Positions 8,308-20,408 of a DNA stretch of 64,000 nucleotides are shown in pieces. The position numbers and the translations under genes are program-made. Position 1 is the first letter of the stretch, and every line of letters begins with the position of its first letter. The stretch spans positions 608,001-672,000 of the forward strand of contig OZ250172.1 of assembly GCA_965237905.1 (NCBI GenBank), in the 5' to 3' direction. The stretch comes from Nitrospinaceae bacterium (lineage in GTDB: Bacteria > Nitrospinota > Nitrospinia > Nitrospinales > Nitrospinaceae). The notes beneath the pieces were generated by a model. It ran no database searches. It was not told the origin of the DNA and saw nothing but the letters and a program-made list of their open reading frames with translations.

Positions 8308-9747
8308 ATGAACTATGAAGTAGTTATAGGGCTGGAAGTGCATGTCCAGCTGAAAACCCAGTCGAAGATTTTCTGTGCCTGCTCGACGGAGTTCGGGAAA
8401 CCGCCCAACGCCAACACCTGCCCGATCTGCCTCGGCATGCCGGGGGTTCTGCCGGTGCTGAACAAGAAGGTGGTGGAGTACGCCATCAAGGCCTGTCTGG
8501 CGACCCATTGCGAGGTCCAGCCTATGAGCCGCTTCGCCCGCAAAAATTATTTTTATCCCGACCTGCCGAAGGGTTACCAGATCACTCAGTTTGAACTGCC
8601 CATCGGGCTCAACGGCTACATCAATATTCAAACCAACGGCGCGCCTAAAAGGATCGGCCTGACCCGCATCCATCTGGAAGAAGACGCCGGTAAATCGATT
8701 CACGGCGAAAATCTGGGGCGGCCCGGCAAGAGTTACGTCGATTACAACCGCACCGGTGTGCCGCTCATCGAAATTGTGAGCGAGCCGGATTTGCGGTCGC
8801 CGGCAGAAGCGCGGGAATACCTCGTCCAACTCAAAGCCATTCTCGATTACGCCGAAGTCAGCGACGTCAACATGGAAGAAGGCAGTCTGCGGTGCGACGC
8901 CAACGTGTCCCTGCGGCCGGTGGGTCAGGCGGAGTTGGGGACCCGCACCGAGCTCAAAAATATCAACTCCTTCAAGTTTGTGCAAAAAGCGCTGGAGTAT
9001 GAAATCGAGCGGCAGGCCAAAATCCTCGACCAGGGCGACGCCGTGGTGCAGGAAACCCGTTTGTACGATTCCGCAAAGGGAGTTACCTTTCCCATGCGCT
9101 CCAAGGAAGAAGCGCACGACTACCGGTACTTTCCGGAGCCCGATCTGGTGCCCACCGTGTGCGACGCGGCGTGGATCGATTCGGTCCGGCAATCGCTTCC
9201 TGAGATGCCGGAACAGAAACGCGACCGGTTCGTCCGCGAATACGAAATTCCCGAATACGACGCGGGCGTGCTGACCACCTCGAAAGCCCTGGCAGATTAT
9301 TTCGAAACCTGCGTGAAACTGTTTCCTCAACCCAAAACCGTCAGCAACTGGATCATGGGTGACCTGCTGAGGGAATTGAAAAACAACGGTAAAGACATCG
9401 ACGATTGCCCGGTCACCCCGGAGCGGCTGACCGATCTCTTGAAGTTGATTGACGACGGGACGATCAGCGGTAAAATGGCCAAAACGGTATTCGAGGAAAT
9501 ATATCGTTCCGGCAAACCGGCGGCGGAGATCGTCAAGGCAAAAGGACTGACGCAGATCACCGACGAATCCGCCCTGCTGAAGATGGTGGAGGACGTCATC
9601 GCCGCCAACCCCGGCCAGGCGGCGGATTTCAAAAACGGCAAGGACAAGCTGATGGGATTTTTTGTCGGACAGGTGATGCAGGCCAGCAAAGGCCAGGCCA
9701 ACCCAGCTCTGGTCAACAAATTACTAAAGGAAAAGTTAAGTTCCTAA
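8308..9747 (+). CDS. gatB: Asp-tRNA(Asn)/Glu-tRNA(Gln) amidotransferase subunit B
   Basis: [24 protein letters not shown] and YRYFPEPDL motifs. Confidence 0.98.
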   Translation: MNYEVVIGLEVHVQLKTQSKIFCACSTEFGKPPNANTCPICLGMPGVLPVLNKKVVEYAIKACLATHCEVQPMSRFARKNYFYPDLPKGYQITQFELPIGLNGYINIQTNGAPKRIGLTRIHLEEDAGKSIHGENLGRPGKSYVDYNRTGVPLIEIVSEPDLRSPAEAREYLVQLKAILDYAEVSDVNMEEGSLRCDANVSLRPVGQAELGTRTELKNINSFKFVQKALEYEIERQAKILDQGDAVVQETRLYDSAKGVTFPMRSKEEAHDYRYFPEPDLVPTVCDAAWIDSVRQSLPEMPEQKRDRFVREYEIPEYDAGVLTTSKALADYFETCVKLFPQPKTVSNWIMGDLLRELKNNGKDIDDCPVTPERLTDLLKLIDDGTISGKMAKTVFEEIYRSGKPAAEIVKAKGLTQITDESALLKMVEDVIAANPGQAADFKNGKDKLMGFFVGQVMQASKGQANPALVNKLLKEKLSS

Positions 9748-10304
9748 TGATCATGCCGACAATTTCCTCAAAAACCCTTTTCATGGTGTCCTGCGCTTTA
9801 ATTGGGGCGATCACATGGAGCTTGCCCGCCCTGGCGGGAGCGCCACAAGATTCGCCGGCGGAAAAAATCTGGTCGCAGGACAAACGATTCGTCGACAACG
9901 GGGACGGAACCGTCACCGACACGAAAACTCACTTGATGTGGATGAAGCAGGATTCCTACCAGCACACCGGCCATTGGCTCACCTGGCTGGAATCTTTTGA
10001 CTACATCAAAAAAACCAACGAAGACGGGTTCGCCAATCACTATGACTGGGAAATGCCGACCTTAGAGGATTTAAAAACCCTGCACGAACCCCACAAGACC
10101 AACAGCCAGCAGGTTGGACGTGAAATGAAAATTCATATCGACCCGATCTTCGCGCAGGAGGGTTCGGGGGCTTGGTGGGCTCTGGAAGCCAACGGACATT
10201 TCAATGCCTTCGGTATTGAATTCAATAATGGGAAACGGTTTTCGGCGCCTAAAAAATCGAAAGCCCGGAAAGCGGTGCGACCCATGCGGGTGGTCAAGCC
10301 TTGA
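9747..10304 (+). CDS. DUF1566 (Lcl C-terminal) domain protein
   Basis: Signal peptide, RFVDNGDGTVTD..T.LMW and DW.MPT..DL motifs. Confidence 0.85.
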   Translation: MIMPTISSKTLFMVSCALIGAITWSLPALAGAPQDSPAEKIWSQDKRFVDNGDGTVTDTKTHLMWMKQDSYQHTGHWLTWLESFDYIKKTNEDGFANHYDWEMPTLEDLKTLHEPHKTNSQQVGREMKIHIDPIFAQEGSGAWWALEANGHFNAFGIEFNNGKRFSAPKKSKARKAVRPMRVVKP

Positions 10305-10332
10305 CGGTCTCTGAACAAAAAAGGGGTTACCT

Positions 10333-11955
10333 TTGAAGCGACGCGATTGGAATTTTTTAATTTTGGGTGCAGGGGTGGCAGTGGGCTTGATGATGTTCTC
10401 CCAACCGGCAGAAGCGCGGTTTCCGGGCATGGACATCACCCTGTGGGACGCGCATCAGGCCAAGGAAGACCGTAAAAACTCCGCTTACCTGGAGTTTCAT
10501 AAACTGGTCGAGCAAAAGAATTATGATGAGGCCATGCAACTGATCGCCCGTGCCCATCAGCAAAATCCGCAAAAAGGCACGCCTCTGGTATTAAAATCCC
10601 TGCTCCTTTATGAAATGAAACGCTACAAGGAGTCCTACACAATTCTGCAACAGGGCCGGAACATCCAGCACCGGCACCCCGCCATTCCCTTCGCGCACTG
10701 CCGGCTCTATCGCATCATGGGGAACGTGGAACTCTCGGACCAGGCCTGTAAAATCGCGGTGCACCAGCATGAAAACAACAAGGACGCCCATTACGAGTTT
10801 GCACAAACATTGGCCGCAATGGGATACATGGAACTGGCCAACAAGGAGTTGGTCCGCGCCGCCGAGTTGGATGCGTCCAATCCGATTTACCCTTTCGAGC
10901 GGGGAATGAATTTCTTTTACTTGAACGATCTGAAAGAAGCCGAGCGTTCGTTTCTCAAAGCCTTATCCCTCAATCCTGACGATCTGGAATCCGGTTACCA
11001 GCTGGGATACCTGTACGCGTTGCAAAAGAACTTCAAGCAAGCTGAGGTCCATCTCAACCGTATCTGGCAAACGCGGCAGGACCACCCCAAGGTGGACGCC
11101 GCCCGGGCTTTGATCGAACTCATCAAAAAGGGCGACACCGATAAGCTTCCCGCCCAGGTGAATCATCACAGCTATCACCTCAACCGGTCACGAGCCCTTT
11201 ACCAGTCCGGCGAGTACGGCCTCTCGCTGTTTGAAATCCAAACCGCCCACCGCCTCAAACCGAACGATAAAGCCACCCATCATATCCTGGTCGCTATCGC
11301 CAGCCTGTTATTGCGGCTGGACTTGACCGAAAAGTCCGTCAAGCAACTGATGAGCGCCCATCCCAATGATAAAACCCTGCAGGCCAAAGGACTCCAGGAA
11401 CTGGGCGATATGAGAATGATGCGGGGTCAACTGGATCAGGCGCGTAACTATTATAAAAAATCCGAAGCGATGGGTGACCCGGACGGCCTGGCCAAAATCA
11501 GTCTGGCTGAACTGCCGCTTCAAACTCCGGACACTCGGCCCGCGCTGGATTCCAGCGAACCGTTTTTCGATCTCGTGAAAGCACTGAACCGAAAAGGTGA
11601 AGTATTCGCTCATTATGGAATGTACCAACGAGCGCTGGCCTTGTACTCCCTGGCTCTCCGAACCTACCCCGGACATTTGATGAGCAAACTCAATATGGCG
11701 GCCGCCTATTACAAAATGGGAACGCCGCACAAGACCATCACCCTTCTGGAACGAACCCTGATTTCTCATCCCGATCATGAACATATCCTCGCCCACAGGG
11801 TGCTTCTAGCCAAGGCTTATGCTCAAAAGGGCGACCGCGAAGGAGCACTCGAGAACTTGAAACTCATCCGAAAAATCAAACCGTCCATCCTCAGAGTGCT
11901 GAGAGCCGATCCCGCATTCAAGGATTTGAAAGATCATGAATTGTTCCGGCAATGA
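10333..11955 (+). CDS. Exported tetratricopeptide repeat protein
   Basis: Signal peptide and multiple TPR-like helical repeats. Confidence 0.85.
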   Translation: MKRRDWNFLILGAGVAVGLMMFSQPAEARFPGMDITLWDAHQAKEDRKNSAYLEFHKLVEQKNYDEAMQLIARAHQQNPQKGTPLVLKSLLLYEMKRYKESYTILQQGRNIQHRHPAIPFAHCRLYRIMGNVELSDQACKIAVHQHENNKDAHYEFAQTLAAMGYMELANKELVRAAELDASNPIYPFERGMNFFYLNDLKEAERSFLKALSLNPDDLESGYQLGYLYALQKNFKQAEVHLNRIWQTRQDHPKVDAARALIELIKKGDTDKLPAQVNHHSYHLNRSRALYQSGEYGLSLFEIQTAHRLKPNDKATHHILVAIASLLLRLDLTEKSVKQLMSAHPNDKTLQAKGLQELGDMRMMRGQLDQARNYYKKSEAMGDPDGLAKISLAELPLQTPDTRPALDSSEPFFDLVKALNRKGEVFAHYGMYQRALALYSLALRTYPGHLMSKLNMAAAYYKMGTPHKTITLLERTLISHPDHEHILAHRVLLAKAYAQKGDREGALENLKLIRKIKPSILRVLRADPAFKDLKDHELFRQ

Positions 11956-12127
11956 CCTTGAAATTCCAACCCTTAATACCAACAACACCCGCGCAAAATG
12001 GTTGCAATAATATAAAGTTTGACAACTCTCTCTTTTCTTGGTTACATGAAAAGATACGAACAATTCAGTGCAAAACCAGCAAGCTGATTGTTCACTTATA
12101 GCCAACCCAATAAATCGGGGAAATGCC

Positions 12128-12580
12128 ATGAGTTTGTTTCAAAATGGTAAAGCACGCGTGGTCGTGTCCTTGCGAATATGTTTTGCAGGATTGCTCTTTT
12201 TAGTATTCTTCACCCCTAATCTGGTTTTTGCGAATGCCTGCCAGGACGCGACCCAGAACCTTCGCTCCAGCTTTGAAGTCACTCAGGGCCGGGGTGGCAT
12301 CTGGGGATACATGGAAAAGAGCTCTTCTCTTAGAGGAGATTCCATGATTGGCTTCCAGGTGGATGGCAAATTACAGCGCATCATTGTCATCTTCGAATCC
12401 CAATGCGCCAAGTCGAAGCAACCTTCCAAAAAGAATTATCAAAAAATTGACAACATTCTGGGTGACGCGCGGATGATCTTCAACCTGCGGCCGGGCAGGG
12501 ATCCCGTCAAAAAAATCATGGCAAAAATCAACGGGCTTCATTCCAACTTGAACAAATTGATTAAAGAATTGGAAGCCTAA
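12128..12580 (+). CDS. Hypothetical exported protein
   Basis: ATG at 12128; signal peptide ending VFA; helical mature part. Confidence 0.65.
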   Translation: MSLFQNGKARVVVSLRICFAGLLFLVFFTPNLVFANACQDATQNLRSSFEVTQGRGGIWGYMEKSSSLRGDSMIGFQVDGKLQRIIVIFESQCAKSKQPSKKNYQKIDNILGDARMIFNLRPGRDPVKKIMAKINGLHSNLNKLIKELEA

Positions 12581-12599
12581 ACCACACCTTTTATTCTCT

Positions 12600-13058
12600 A
12601 TGATCAAAGAAGGAAACAAGGCTCCCGATTTTTCAGCCTCTGATCAAAACGGGAAAAAAATCAAACTCAGCTCCTTCAAGGGCAAGAAGAACGTCGTCCT
12701 CTATTTTTATCCCAAGGACATGACTCCCGGTTGCACCACCGAAGCCTGCGATTTTCGCGACCATTCCAAAAATTTCAAAAATACGGAAATCCTCGGCGTC
12801 AGTATTGACTCCGCTGAAAGACACCAAAAATTCATCGGAAAATACGATTTGCCGTTTACACTGATCAGTGATGTCGATCAAAAGGTGGTGAACAAGTACG
12901 GCGTCTGGCAGGAAAAGAAGCTCTATGGCAGGAAGTTCATGGGTATCGTACGGAGCACGTTCATCATCGACAAGTCAGGAGTGGTTCGCAAAATTTTCCC
13001 CAAGGTCAAAGTCAAGGGGCACATCGATGAAGTGTTGGAAGCTTTGAAGGAACTCTGA
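12600..13058 (+). CDS. bcp: Thioredoxin-dependent thiol peroxidase (BCP/PrxQ)
   Basis: YFYPKDMTPGCTTEAC motif. Confidence 0.96.
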   Translation: MIKEGNKAPDFSASDQNGKKIKLSSFKGKKNVVLYFYPKDMTPGCTTEACDFRDHSKNFKNTEILGVSIDSAERHQKFIGKYDLPFTLISDVDQKVVNKYGVWQEKKLYGRKFMGIVRSTFIIDKSGVVRKIFPKVKVKGHIDEVLEALKEL

Positions 13059-13061
13059 TCT

Positions 13062-14498
13062 TTACCGGCGCGGACGCGCCATCAACCGTTCGATCTCTAC
13101 CACCCGCCTCGGTATCCCTTTCGACAAATTGGCACACCCGGTCTTGGTAATCAGCAGGTTGTCCTCAATTCGAATCCCGATTTCCTCATCGTAAATCTTG
13201 CCTTTATGTTTCCACCGAAACTTGCCGTAAAGGCCCGGTTCATTGCTGATCAACCACCCCGGCCTCATCGGCTCGATCCCGTAATCCCGAAACGGGTCAC
13301 CGTCGTGCTCCTGCTCGCCTATCAGATGGCTCACACCGTGGGGACGGCCTTTATAAGCCATTTTGGATTTGCCGCCCAGATTGTGAAATTTCTCGTCCAA
13401 ACCCTTTTGCAGAGTTTCCCAACACACATCATTCAGCTCCACAATGGTCACTCCGGCGCACGCCTTGGCCTCCACTGCCAACTGCGCTTCCAGCACGATC
13501 TCGTACAAAATTTTCTGCATCGGATTGAACTTTCCGGAAGCGGGGACCGTACGGGAGATATCCGCATGCATGGTCATCCAGCGCACACCAAAATCCAATA
13601 GCACCAGTTCCCCTTTGGCGATGGGGTCGTCATTTTTCATATAGTGCAACACCGTGGCGTTATGACCGGCCGCGATGATCCCCGGAAAGCTGAGGCCATA
13701 AGGCGAGTTCATCAACATCTGCCCTTCAAGAAACCCCTGCACCTGGTATTCGTTGTCGAACTGCCTGAAGTTCTGCAAGGTTTCCTTGAACGCTTTGCCT
13801 GTAATCGTCTGCGCCTTGAGGGTGTTGGCAATATCGTAAGCATCCAGCGGCAGTCGCAACTCAAAGTGGGACTGCATGATATTGCTGAGGCTTCCTTTCG
13901 GTGCCTTCACTTTTTTCAGCAGACCTTCAATTCTCTTTTTGAATTTCCAGTTATGATCGGTTTTAATGGTGCGCCGGTTACCGGCGCGCGTGCTTTCGAG
14001 CCAGAACGTACCCGCCTGTTTCTTTGTCCTTTTCGAGAAGCGTTTCTTGAAAATTTCATCGAAGTCATCGATGTCCTGCACGTCCTTGATCCCGGTCACC
14101 CGCTTCACTTCGCGGATGCTGGCCGGATCCCCCACACCAAAGCGGACGCCGTCCCAGAATTCTTTTCTCGGGTCCTTCTTTTTAACAAACAAAATTTCGT
14201 CCGACTCTTTAGACCCGGGGTCCAGCAATAGAATCACTTCTGACTGGTTGACGCCGGTCAGGTACATGACCGTCGGTTCCTGATAGGTAGGAGCATAGGC
14301 GTAGGTCCAGGTTGTCTCCTCCCCCGGCCCATAGGGCACACCGGTCAGCACCATCAACTGGTTTTCCTTTTTCATCAACTTGCGGCGGCGTTCCCGAAAA
14401 CGGCTTTTGGCACGAGCGCCCGCGCCCCCGTCACGAAAGATCCCGGAGTATATTTTCTTGCCGTTTTTCACCGCAAAACCGTTGGATTTCACATGCAT
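13062..14498 (-). CDS. Xaa-Pro aminopeptidase (M24B)
   Basis: LLDFG, ADISRT, HGVSH, NEPG and GIRIED metal-site motifs. Confidence 0.9.
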   Translation of the reverse strand: MHVKSNGFAVKNGKKIYSGIFRDGGAGARAKSRFRERRRKLMKKENQLMVLTGVPYGPGEETTWTYAYAPTYQEPTVMYLTGVNQSEVILLLDPGSKESDEILFVKKKDPRKEFWDGVRFGVGDPASIREVKRVTGIKDVQDIDDFDEIFKKRFSKRTKKQAGTFWLESTRAGNRRTIKTDHNWKFKKRIEGLLKKVKAPKGSLSNIMQSHFELRLPLDAYDIANTLKAQTITGKAFKETLQNFRQFDNEYQVQGFLEGQMLMNSPYGLSFPGIIAAGHNATVLHYMKNDDPIAKGELVLLDFGVRWMTMHADISRTVPASGKFNPMQKILYEIVLEAQLAVEAKACAGVTIVELNDVCWETLQKGLDEKFHNLGGKSKMAYKGRPHGVSHLIGEQEHDGDPFRDYGIEPMRPGWLISNEPGLYGKFRWKHKGKIYDEEIGIRIEDNLLITKTGCANLSKGIPRRVVEIERLMARPRR

Positions 14499-14688
14499 GA
14501 CATTTCCTAAAATGGATTGAAGCCTTATCGATCTTTAACAATTCATTATATGATTGAAACCAAAACCTCTCAAATTTTCTTTCACCCCCCTACCGGGGGA
14601 GGGAGCTTGCTGACGGTTAATGGCAGTCGATGACTATGGGGCGCAGTTCAAGGTTTTAAATTTGCTCCGGGCCTTGCCCGGGCGGTAT

Positions 14689-15297
14689 TTATTTTTTCCG
14701 CAGTATCGCCAACCACTCTTTATCCCGGCGTTTCTCACTCGAAAACGAACATTTCTCGAGGCGTTCGATATTGAACCCCCCTGAAAAATGGGTCCGAATA
14801 TCGGCCTCGGTGGTATTGAACGGCGGGCCGCCATCTTCTCCCGTCTCATAAAACAATCCGAACAACAGGCCGCCAGGTTTCAAAATTCGGGACACGGTCT
14901 CGACATACGCCGACCTTTGATCGGGATGAATCGCGCAGAAAAACGTCTGCTCCAGCAGGTTGTCGTATACCCGGTCATGCTTGGCCTCCAACTCAAAAAA
15001 ATCCCGGTGCAAAACCTGTGCGCTGAGTTTTTTGTTGCTCAAGGAATCACGGAGCAATTTGACCGCTCCGGGGGAAAAGTCGACACCCGTCACCTCAAAC
15101 CCCCGCTCAGCGAAATAGATCACTTCATGCCCCTGCCCGCACCCGGGAACGATCAGCGTCCCCGGCTGGAGCAAGTTGTCTTTCCACAGGCGGACGAAAG
15201 GATTGGCCACCTCCCCCAGGTCCCAGGCGAGATCGTTTTCATCGTAATGTTTCTGCCAATCGGCCTGCTCATAGCCGTTGCGGATTTCTTCAGTCAT
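14689..15297 (-). CDS. TPMT-family SAM-dependent methyltransferase
   Basis: WDLG, VPGCGQGH, EQTFFCAI and GGPPF motifs. Confidence 0.9.
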   Translation of the reverse strand: MTEEIRNGYEQADWQKHYDENDLAWDLGEVANPFVRLWKDNLLQPGTLIVPGCGQGHEVIYFAERGFEVTGVDFSPGAVKLLRDSLSNKKLSAQVLHRDFFELEAKHDRVYDNLLEQTFFCAIHPDQRSAYVETVSRILKPGGLLFGLFYETGEDGGPPFNTTEADIRTHFSGGFNIERLEKCSFSSEKRRDKEWLAILRKK

Positions 15298-15303
15298 AAT
15301 GAG

Positions 15304-16242
15304 TCACTGTTTGCTGAAATATTCTTTCAAATGTTGAAAAGCAGTGCGGGCCATCGCTTCCACCGCTTCGACGGCGTTGCCGCCGATGTGCGGAGTAACC
15401 ATCAATTGAGGACATGCCAGCAGTTCGGTATCCTCCGGCGGCTCCTGAGAGAACACATCCAAAGCCGCGCCAGCGATGGTTTCCTTGACAAGCGCTTCTT
15501 TGAGGGCCGCCTGATCCACCACGTCTCCCCGACTGGTGTTAATCAAAAATGCCGTCGGCCGCATTCGGCGGAGGGTGGTTACGTCAATCATGTGCCGCGT
15601 TTCCTCTGTCAATGGAACGTGCAGGGAAATAATATCGGCTCCTTCCAGCACTTCCTCGAAACTTTTCTCAAGGGCATCGGTCTCTGTGCAAAATTCGGAC
15701 ATATCCAATATATCGCGAATCCAGACCCGGCACTCAAACGGTTTTAACAGCCGCACCACTTCTTTGCCGATGTTCCCGCACCCGACGATGCCCACGGTTT
15801 TACCCTGGAGGAGCCGTCCCCCTTCCTTAGCCCATTGCCCCTGCTTGAGAGCCCATCCGCCCTTGAACACATTATGACACAGCCCCAGCATGAAGCTGAG
15901 GGTCAATTCGGCTACCGAACGCCGGTTGACGCCTGCTGTCCATCCCAGTTCAACCTGGTGCCGTTGCAGAGCTTCCGGATCGATATTATCGAGGCCCACT
16001 CCGTATTTCGCGACGATTTTCAATTGCGGCAGGGCGGAGAGCACCTTATCGGTAATCCCATCGCGCCCGACCAACAGTGCGTCGGCCTGACCGGCAAACC
16101 GGATCAACTCGTCCTCGTTCAGGTAACGTCCCTTATCATTGAACAACGGTTGCGGAAAGAGGTCGGAGAGTTGGTCCCGGAGCGTGGAAGAATCACAAAT
16201 AGGCGGTGGGGTGACCGCCACCCGCGGGGTTATCCGGGTCAT
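15304..16242 (-). CDS. D-isomer 2-hydroxyacid / phosphoglycerate dehydrogenase-like
   Basis: GVGLDNID, GCGNIG, INTSRG and TPHIG motifs; start placed at ATG 16242 (overlaps the upstream stop). Confidence 0.88.
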   Translation of the reverse strand: MTRITPRVAVTPPPICDSSTLRDQLSDLFPQPLFNDKGRYLNEDELIRFAGQADALLVGRDGITDKVLSALPQLKIVAKYGVGLDNIDPEALQRHQVELGWTAGVNRRSVAELTLSFMLGLCHNVFKGGWALKQGQWAKEGGRLLQGKTVGIVGCGNIGKEVVRLLKPFECRVWIRDILDMSEFCTETDALEKSFEEVLEGADIISLHVPLTEETRHMIDVTTLRRMRPTAFLINTSRGDVVDQAALKEALVKETIAGAALDVFSQEPPEDTELLACPQLMVTPHIGGNAVEAVEAMARTAFQHLKEYFSKQ

Positions 16243-17438
16243 GGCCCCGAACCAAAAATCTGATAGACAATCGCTAACCCTGCCACAAAAGTTCCGATGA
16301 ACGACCCGAGACTGGAGAAAAAAAAGATCAGAAACACCCGGATCACGCCGTTCTTCCACCACATGGAAAAATGAGCGATGTCTTCGCGCATCGATTCAAA
16401 ATCGGCTACCTTGGGTTTCCGGATATAAGATTCCACGATGCCGACCACCATACCGGCGCCAATGGTTGGGTTGAGAGAAGTCAATGGAGCCGCCAGAAGC
16501 GCCGTCAATATCGAAACCGGATGAGCAAACGCCAACGCGGCCCCCAGGGCACTCAACCCGCCGTTGATCACGATCCATTGGAGAACCAGCTGGGTGCCCA
16601 ACTCGGGCGACCGCATGTACCCCACTCCGAACATACTGAGGATAAACAGACCGATTCCCCAGCCGACATAATACCCGGTTTTGCCGGGCGGTGGCCTTTC
16701 GTCCAGCTCCGCCATCGCTTCGGGTCCGGGGGGATTTTCAAATGCGGGCAACATTCCGACCAGATGCCCGGCACCCACCATCGCCAGAATATTTTTGGGA
16801 CCCTCGGGAGATTTTGTCATCTCAATCAATTTTCCGACCATAAACTGGTCCCGCTCGTCGATCAATACTTTCTTAACAGACGGCAGAGTTTCCCCGAACT
16901 CCTCGACCAGGGAATGAAGCATATCCCCTTCTTTGAGTTCTTCAATCTGCTGTTCGGTGACTTCCTCACCGACAAAGATACTGGCGATGAGACTGGAAAA
17001 CAGTTTGAGCTTCTGCCAAAAAGAAACCTCCCGGTATATGCGTTGCAGGGTGGTGGTGATATCCCGGTCGATCACCTCCAACGGCAGATTGTATTCGGTA
17101 GACAGTTCAATGGCCTTCATCATTTCCTGGCCCGGCTCCACACCAATTTTTTCGGCGAGACGCTTCTGGTAGGCGGAGAGGGCCAGATTCACCAGAAGCA
17201 GAGACCCCTTTCCCTGACGCAGGACCTGGTAAATATCCAGGTTCTTCCACATGGACTTTTTCACCAGATTCTGAAAACGGGGAGGACACAGTTCAATGGC
17301 TATACGATCGTATTCTCCGGTGCGGATCTTCTCTTCGACCAGATCGACACTTTTCTGGGAGACATGGGCGGTCCCCACCAGAGTGATGGCGGCGCCGTTG
17401 ACTTGAACTGTTTTGACAATATCCTGGGTGGCTTCCAC
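16239..17438 (-). CDS. TraB/GumN (pheromone shutdown) family protein
   Basis: LVGTAHVS, LIDERD and VGAGH motifs plus C-terminal TM helices. Confidence 0.92.
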   Translation of the reverse strand: MEATQDIVKTVQVNGAAITLVGTAHVSQKSVDLVEEKIRTGEYDRIAIELCPPRFQNLVKKSMWKNLDIYQVLRQGKGSLLLVNLALSAYQKRLAEKIGVEPGQEMMKAIELSTEYNLPLEVIDRDITTTLQRIYREVSFWQKLKLFSSLIASIFVGEEVTEQQIEELKEGDMLHSLVEEFGETLPSVKKVLIDERDQFMVGKLIEMTKSPEGPKNILAMVGAGHLVGMLPAFENPPGPEAMAELDERPPPGKTGYYVGWGIGLFILSMFGVGYMRSPELGTQLVLQWIVINGGLSALGAALAFAHPVSILTALLAAPLTSLNPTIGAGMVVGIVESYIRKPKVADFESMREDIAHFSMWWKNGVIRVFLIFFFSSLGSFIGTFVAGLAIVYQIFGSGP

Positions 17439-17644
17439 AAATTCCTTTCTTGACCCGGCAGGGAGTATCGTAAACTATGCGAGGGTGCGCTCGATGAATC
17501 CCACCGCCCTCAGGGAGGGCCGTTATTCCATCGCAAGGCAAAAGCCTGACGAAATGGCGGGGAACAGCTATAAGGGTTCTGGCTGTTTACAGCCTTCTAA
17601 TGTAACATAACCTCATTTTTGTTCACAAGGACCATTACCCGGCA

Positions 17645-19636
17645 ATGCAACCGTTCAAACTGGTATCCGATTACAAACCCTCAGGGGATCAGCCCCAGGC
17701 GATTGAAGCTCTGGTAAAGGGCTTCGAAAAGCCCAACGGAGTCCACCAGACTCTGCTGGGGGTGACCGGCTCGGGCAAGACCTATGCGGTGGCCAATGTC
17801 GTCGAGCAACTTCAGTGCCCCACCCTGGTGCTGGCTCATAACAAGACATTGGCGGCGCAGTTGTACAACGAATTCAAAACTTTTTTTCCGGATAACGCGA
17901 TCGGCTACTTCGTCAGTTATTACGATTACTACCAGCCGGAAGCGTATATGCCCACCACCGATACCTATATTGAAAAAGACGCATCCATCAATGACGAAAT
18001 CGACAAAATGCGCCACGCCGCCACCCATGCCCTGTTCGAACGGCGGGATGTGCTGATCGTCGCCAGCGTTTCCTGTATCTACGGCTTGGGTTCCCCGGAA
18101 GCTTACCACGGCATGCTGTTGTTTCTGGAACCAGGAATGACGCTCGAACGAGACCAGGTGTTGCGTAAACTGGTGGACATCCAATACAAGCGCAACGATC
18201 TCGATTTCCAGCGGGGAACCTTCCGGGCGCGGGGAGACGTGGTGGAAATACTCCCCGTTTACGAGCGCAATGAAGCAATCCGCATCGAGTTTTTCGGCGA
18301 CGAAATTGAAAAGCTCACCTGCTTCGATCCGATCACGCTGAAAACCTTGCGCACCCTGGAACGTATCGCCATCTACCCCGCCAGCCACTACACCACCCCA
18401 AAAGACAAATTGGAGGCGGCGATTGAGAGCATTCAGGAAGAATTGAAGGAACGCATTCAGTATTTTCGAAGCCAGAGCCAGTTGATCGAGGCTCAGCGTA
18501 TCGAGCAACGCACGATGTTCGACCTGGAAATGATTCGCGAGATCGGCTACTGCCAGGGCGTCGAGAACTATTCGCGCCATTTGATGGGTCGGGAGCCGGG
18601 AAGCCCACCCCCGACTCTACTGGATTATTTTCCCGACGACGCCCTGTTCGTCATCGATGAAAGCCATGTCACCTTTCCGCAACTGAACGGTATGTACAAA
18701 GGCGACCGCGCACGGAAGGAAACGCTGATCCGTTACGGCTTCCGCCTACCCTCGGCATTCGACAACCGGCCGTTGATGTTTTCCGAATTTGAAGGCCGGA
18801 CCAACAACCGGTTTTACGTCTCCGCCACACCGGGCAAATATGAAATCGAACAATCCGCGGGCCAAGTCACCGAAATGATCGTCCGACCGACGGGCCTGGT
18901 GGACCCTGAAATCGAGGTGCGGCCGGTAACGGGTCAAGTGGACGATCTCTACAACGAAATCCAAAAACGCACCGAACAAAACCAACGGACGCTGATCACC
19001 ACCCTGACCAAACGATTTGCGGAAGACTTGACCGAGCATTTCACGGAAATGGGATTGAAGGTGAAGTACCTGCATTCCGACATCGTGACCATCGAGCGAA
19101 TGGAGATCATCCGGGAATTGCGGCTGGGCGAATTTGATGCGTTGATCGGGATTAATTTGTTACGGGAAGGGCTGGACATTCCCGAGGTGTCCCTGATCGC
19201 GATTCTCGACGCGGACAAGGAAGGGTTTTTGCGTTCCAGCACATCATTGATTCAGACTTCCGGTAGAGCCGCGCGACATCTTGACGGTCACGTCATCATG
19301 TATGGCGACACCGTCACCCCCAGCATGCAAAGTGCCCTTGACGAAACCGAGAGACGTCGGAAAATTCAAACGGAGTACAATAAAGCCCATAACATCACTC
19401 CTGTCTCTATCAAAAAATCGATCCAGGAATCGCTGATGGGTCTGGAAAAATTCTCCATGGCTCCTGTGGTCCAGGAGGAAGAAGAGGACTATTTGCCGGA
19501 AGGAAATATCGTCGGCCTGGCAACCCGGCTGGAGAAACAAATGCACGCCGCCGCCAAAGCTCTGGAGTTCGAACGCGCGGCTCAATTGCGGGACCGGATC
19601 AAACGGTTACGCGAAAAGGATCTGGGAATTATCTAG
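17645..19636 (+). CDS. uvrB: Excinuclease ABC subunit B
   Basis: [22 protein letters not shown] and C-terminal UVR motif. Confidence 0.98.
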   Translation: MQPFKLVSDYKPSGDQPQAIEALVKGFEKPNGVHQTLLGVTGSGKTYAVANVVEQLQCPTLVLAHNKTLAAQLYNEFKTFFPDNAIGYFVSYYDYYQPEAYMPTTDTYIEKDASINDEIDKMRHAATHALFERRDVLIVASVSCIYGLGSPEAYHGMLLFLEPGMTLERDQVLRKLVDIQYKRNDLDFQRGTFRARGDVVEILPVYERNEAIRIEFFGDEIEKLTCFDPITLKTLRTLERIAIYPASHYTTPKDKLEAAIESIQEELKERIQYFRSQSQLIEAQRIEQRTMFDLEMIREIGYCQGVENYSRHLMGREPGSPPPTLLDYFPDDALFVIDESHVTFPQLNGMYKGDRARKETLIRYGFRLPSAFDNRPLMFSEFEGRTNNRFYVSATPGKYEIEQSAGQVTEMIVRPTGLVDPEIEVRPVTGQVDDLYNEIQKRTEQNQRTLITTLTKRFAEDLTEHFTEMGLKVKYLHSDIVTIERMEIIRELRLGEFDALIGINLLREGLDIPEVSLIAILDADKEGFLRSSTSLIQTSGRAARHLDGHVIMYGDTVTPSMQSALDETERRRKIQTEYNKAHNITPVSIKKSIQESLMGLEKFSMAPVVQEEEEDYLPEGNIVGLATRLEKQMHAAAKALEFERAAQLRDRIKRLREKDLGII

Positions 19637-20294
19637 AGGACCGGAACCGGTCGGCACGCCGCCGCTCGCCCATACGCGTTCCCATGAATTCGCGCAGAAT
19701 TTTGTCATGCTCCGGGGAAAGCTTGGAAAATTCCAGTCCGGTGACGAACGGTTCACTTTTGCTGCCAGGGTTCTTGCGGACATTGCGCACCTGGGCTTTC
19801 ACATTGGATAATTCCCCGAAAGTAAGATTGACGGTGAGGCGAAGGTCATCCCCTTTGGTCAGCCGTTGGGAATGGGTGACCAGGGCTCCGGAAAGGCTCA
19901 GGTCGCGGATGGTTCCGGTCAATGTCGTTTCCGAGGCTCCGCCTTCAACAGAAAATGAAAACGGGAAATTGGCCTTGTGCCGATTGTTCTTCCTCATCTT
20001 ATAACTGGTAAAGCTTTTTGGATATTCCAGCACCATGAGACGGACCGGTTGCGCTACGGCATACAACACCAATGTTTTGAAATCGAAATAAGTCCCATCA
20101 GAAGTAAAACTCAGGCTACACCCGGTGAGTGGAGCAACCTTGACAAAATCTCCCTGGAAATGTGGATAGTCCACAATGAGGTATTCGTCTTCCACCCAAC
20201 CTCGAAGAGCGACCGGGTATTTCTCACCCCGTAGGGTGGCCTTGACCTTCTTGCCCAAGGACAGATGCAACCCTGTTTTGGTAACCGTTTTCAT
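19629..20294 (-). CDS. PilZ-domain (YcgR-like) c-di-GMP receptor
   Basis: RxxxR (RKNNR) and DxSxxG (DLSLSG) motifs after a YcgR-N-like domain. Confidence 0.85.
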   Translation of the reverse strand: MKTVTKTGLHLSLGKKVKATLRGEKYPVALRGWVEDEYLIVDYPHFQGDFVKVAPLTGCSLSFTSDGTYFDFKTLVLYAVAQPVRLMVLEYPKSFTSYKMRKNNRHKANFPFSFSVEGGASETTLTGTIRDLSLSGALVTHSQRLTKGDDLRLTVNLTFGELSNVKAQVRNVRKNPGSKSEPFVTGLEFSKLSPEHDKILREFMGTRMGERRRADRFRSSR

Positions 20295-20408
20295 GTCAAC
20301 CCGCCTTCAGTTCTAATGATAATACTGCATGTCTACAAAATCGGCAGAAACAGGTGATTATCTTTAGTTTTTTAAACGATCCGGGGCATTTTATTTTAAG
20401 TAATGGTG

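Noticed and set aside
17450..17640. GC-rich structured intergenic region and GGCTGT-TT-ACAGCC palindrome before uvrB
   Set aside because: No recognisable SRP, 6S or riboswitch motif, and no LexA box I can assign.
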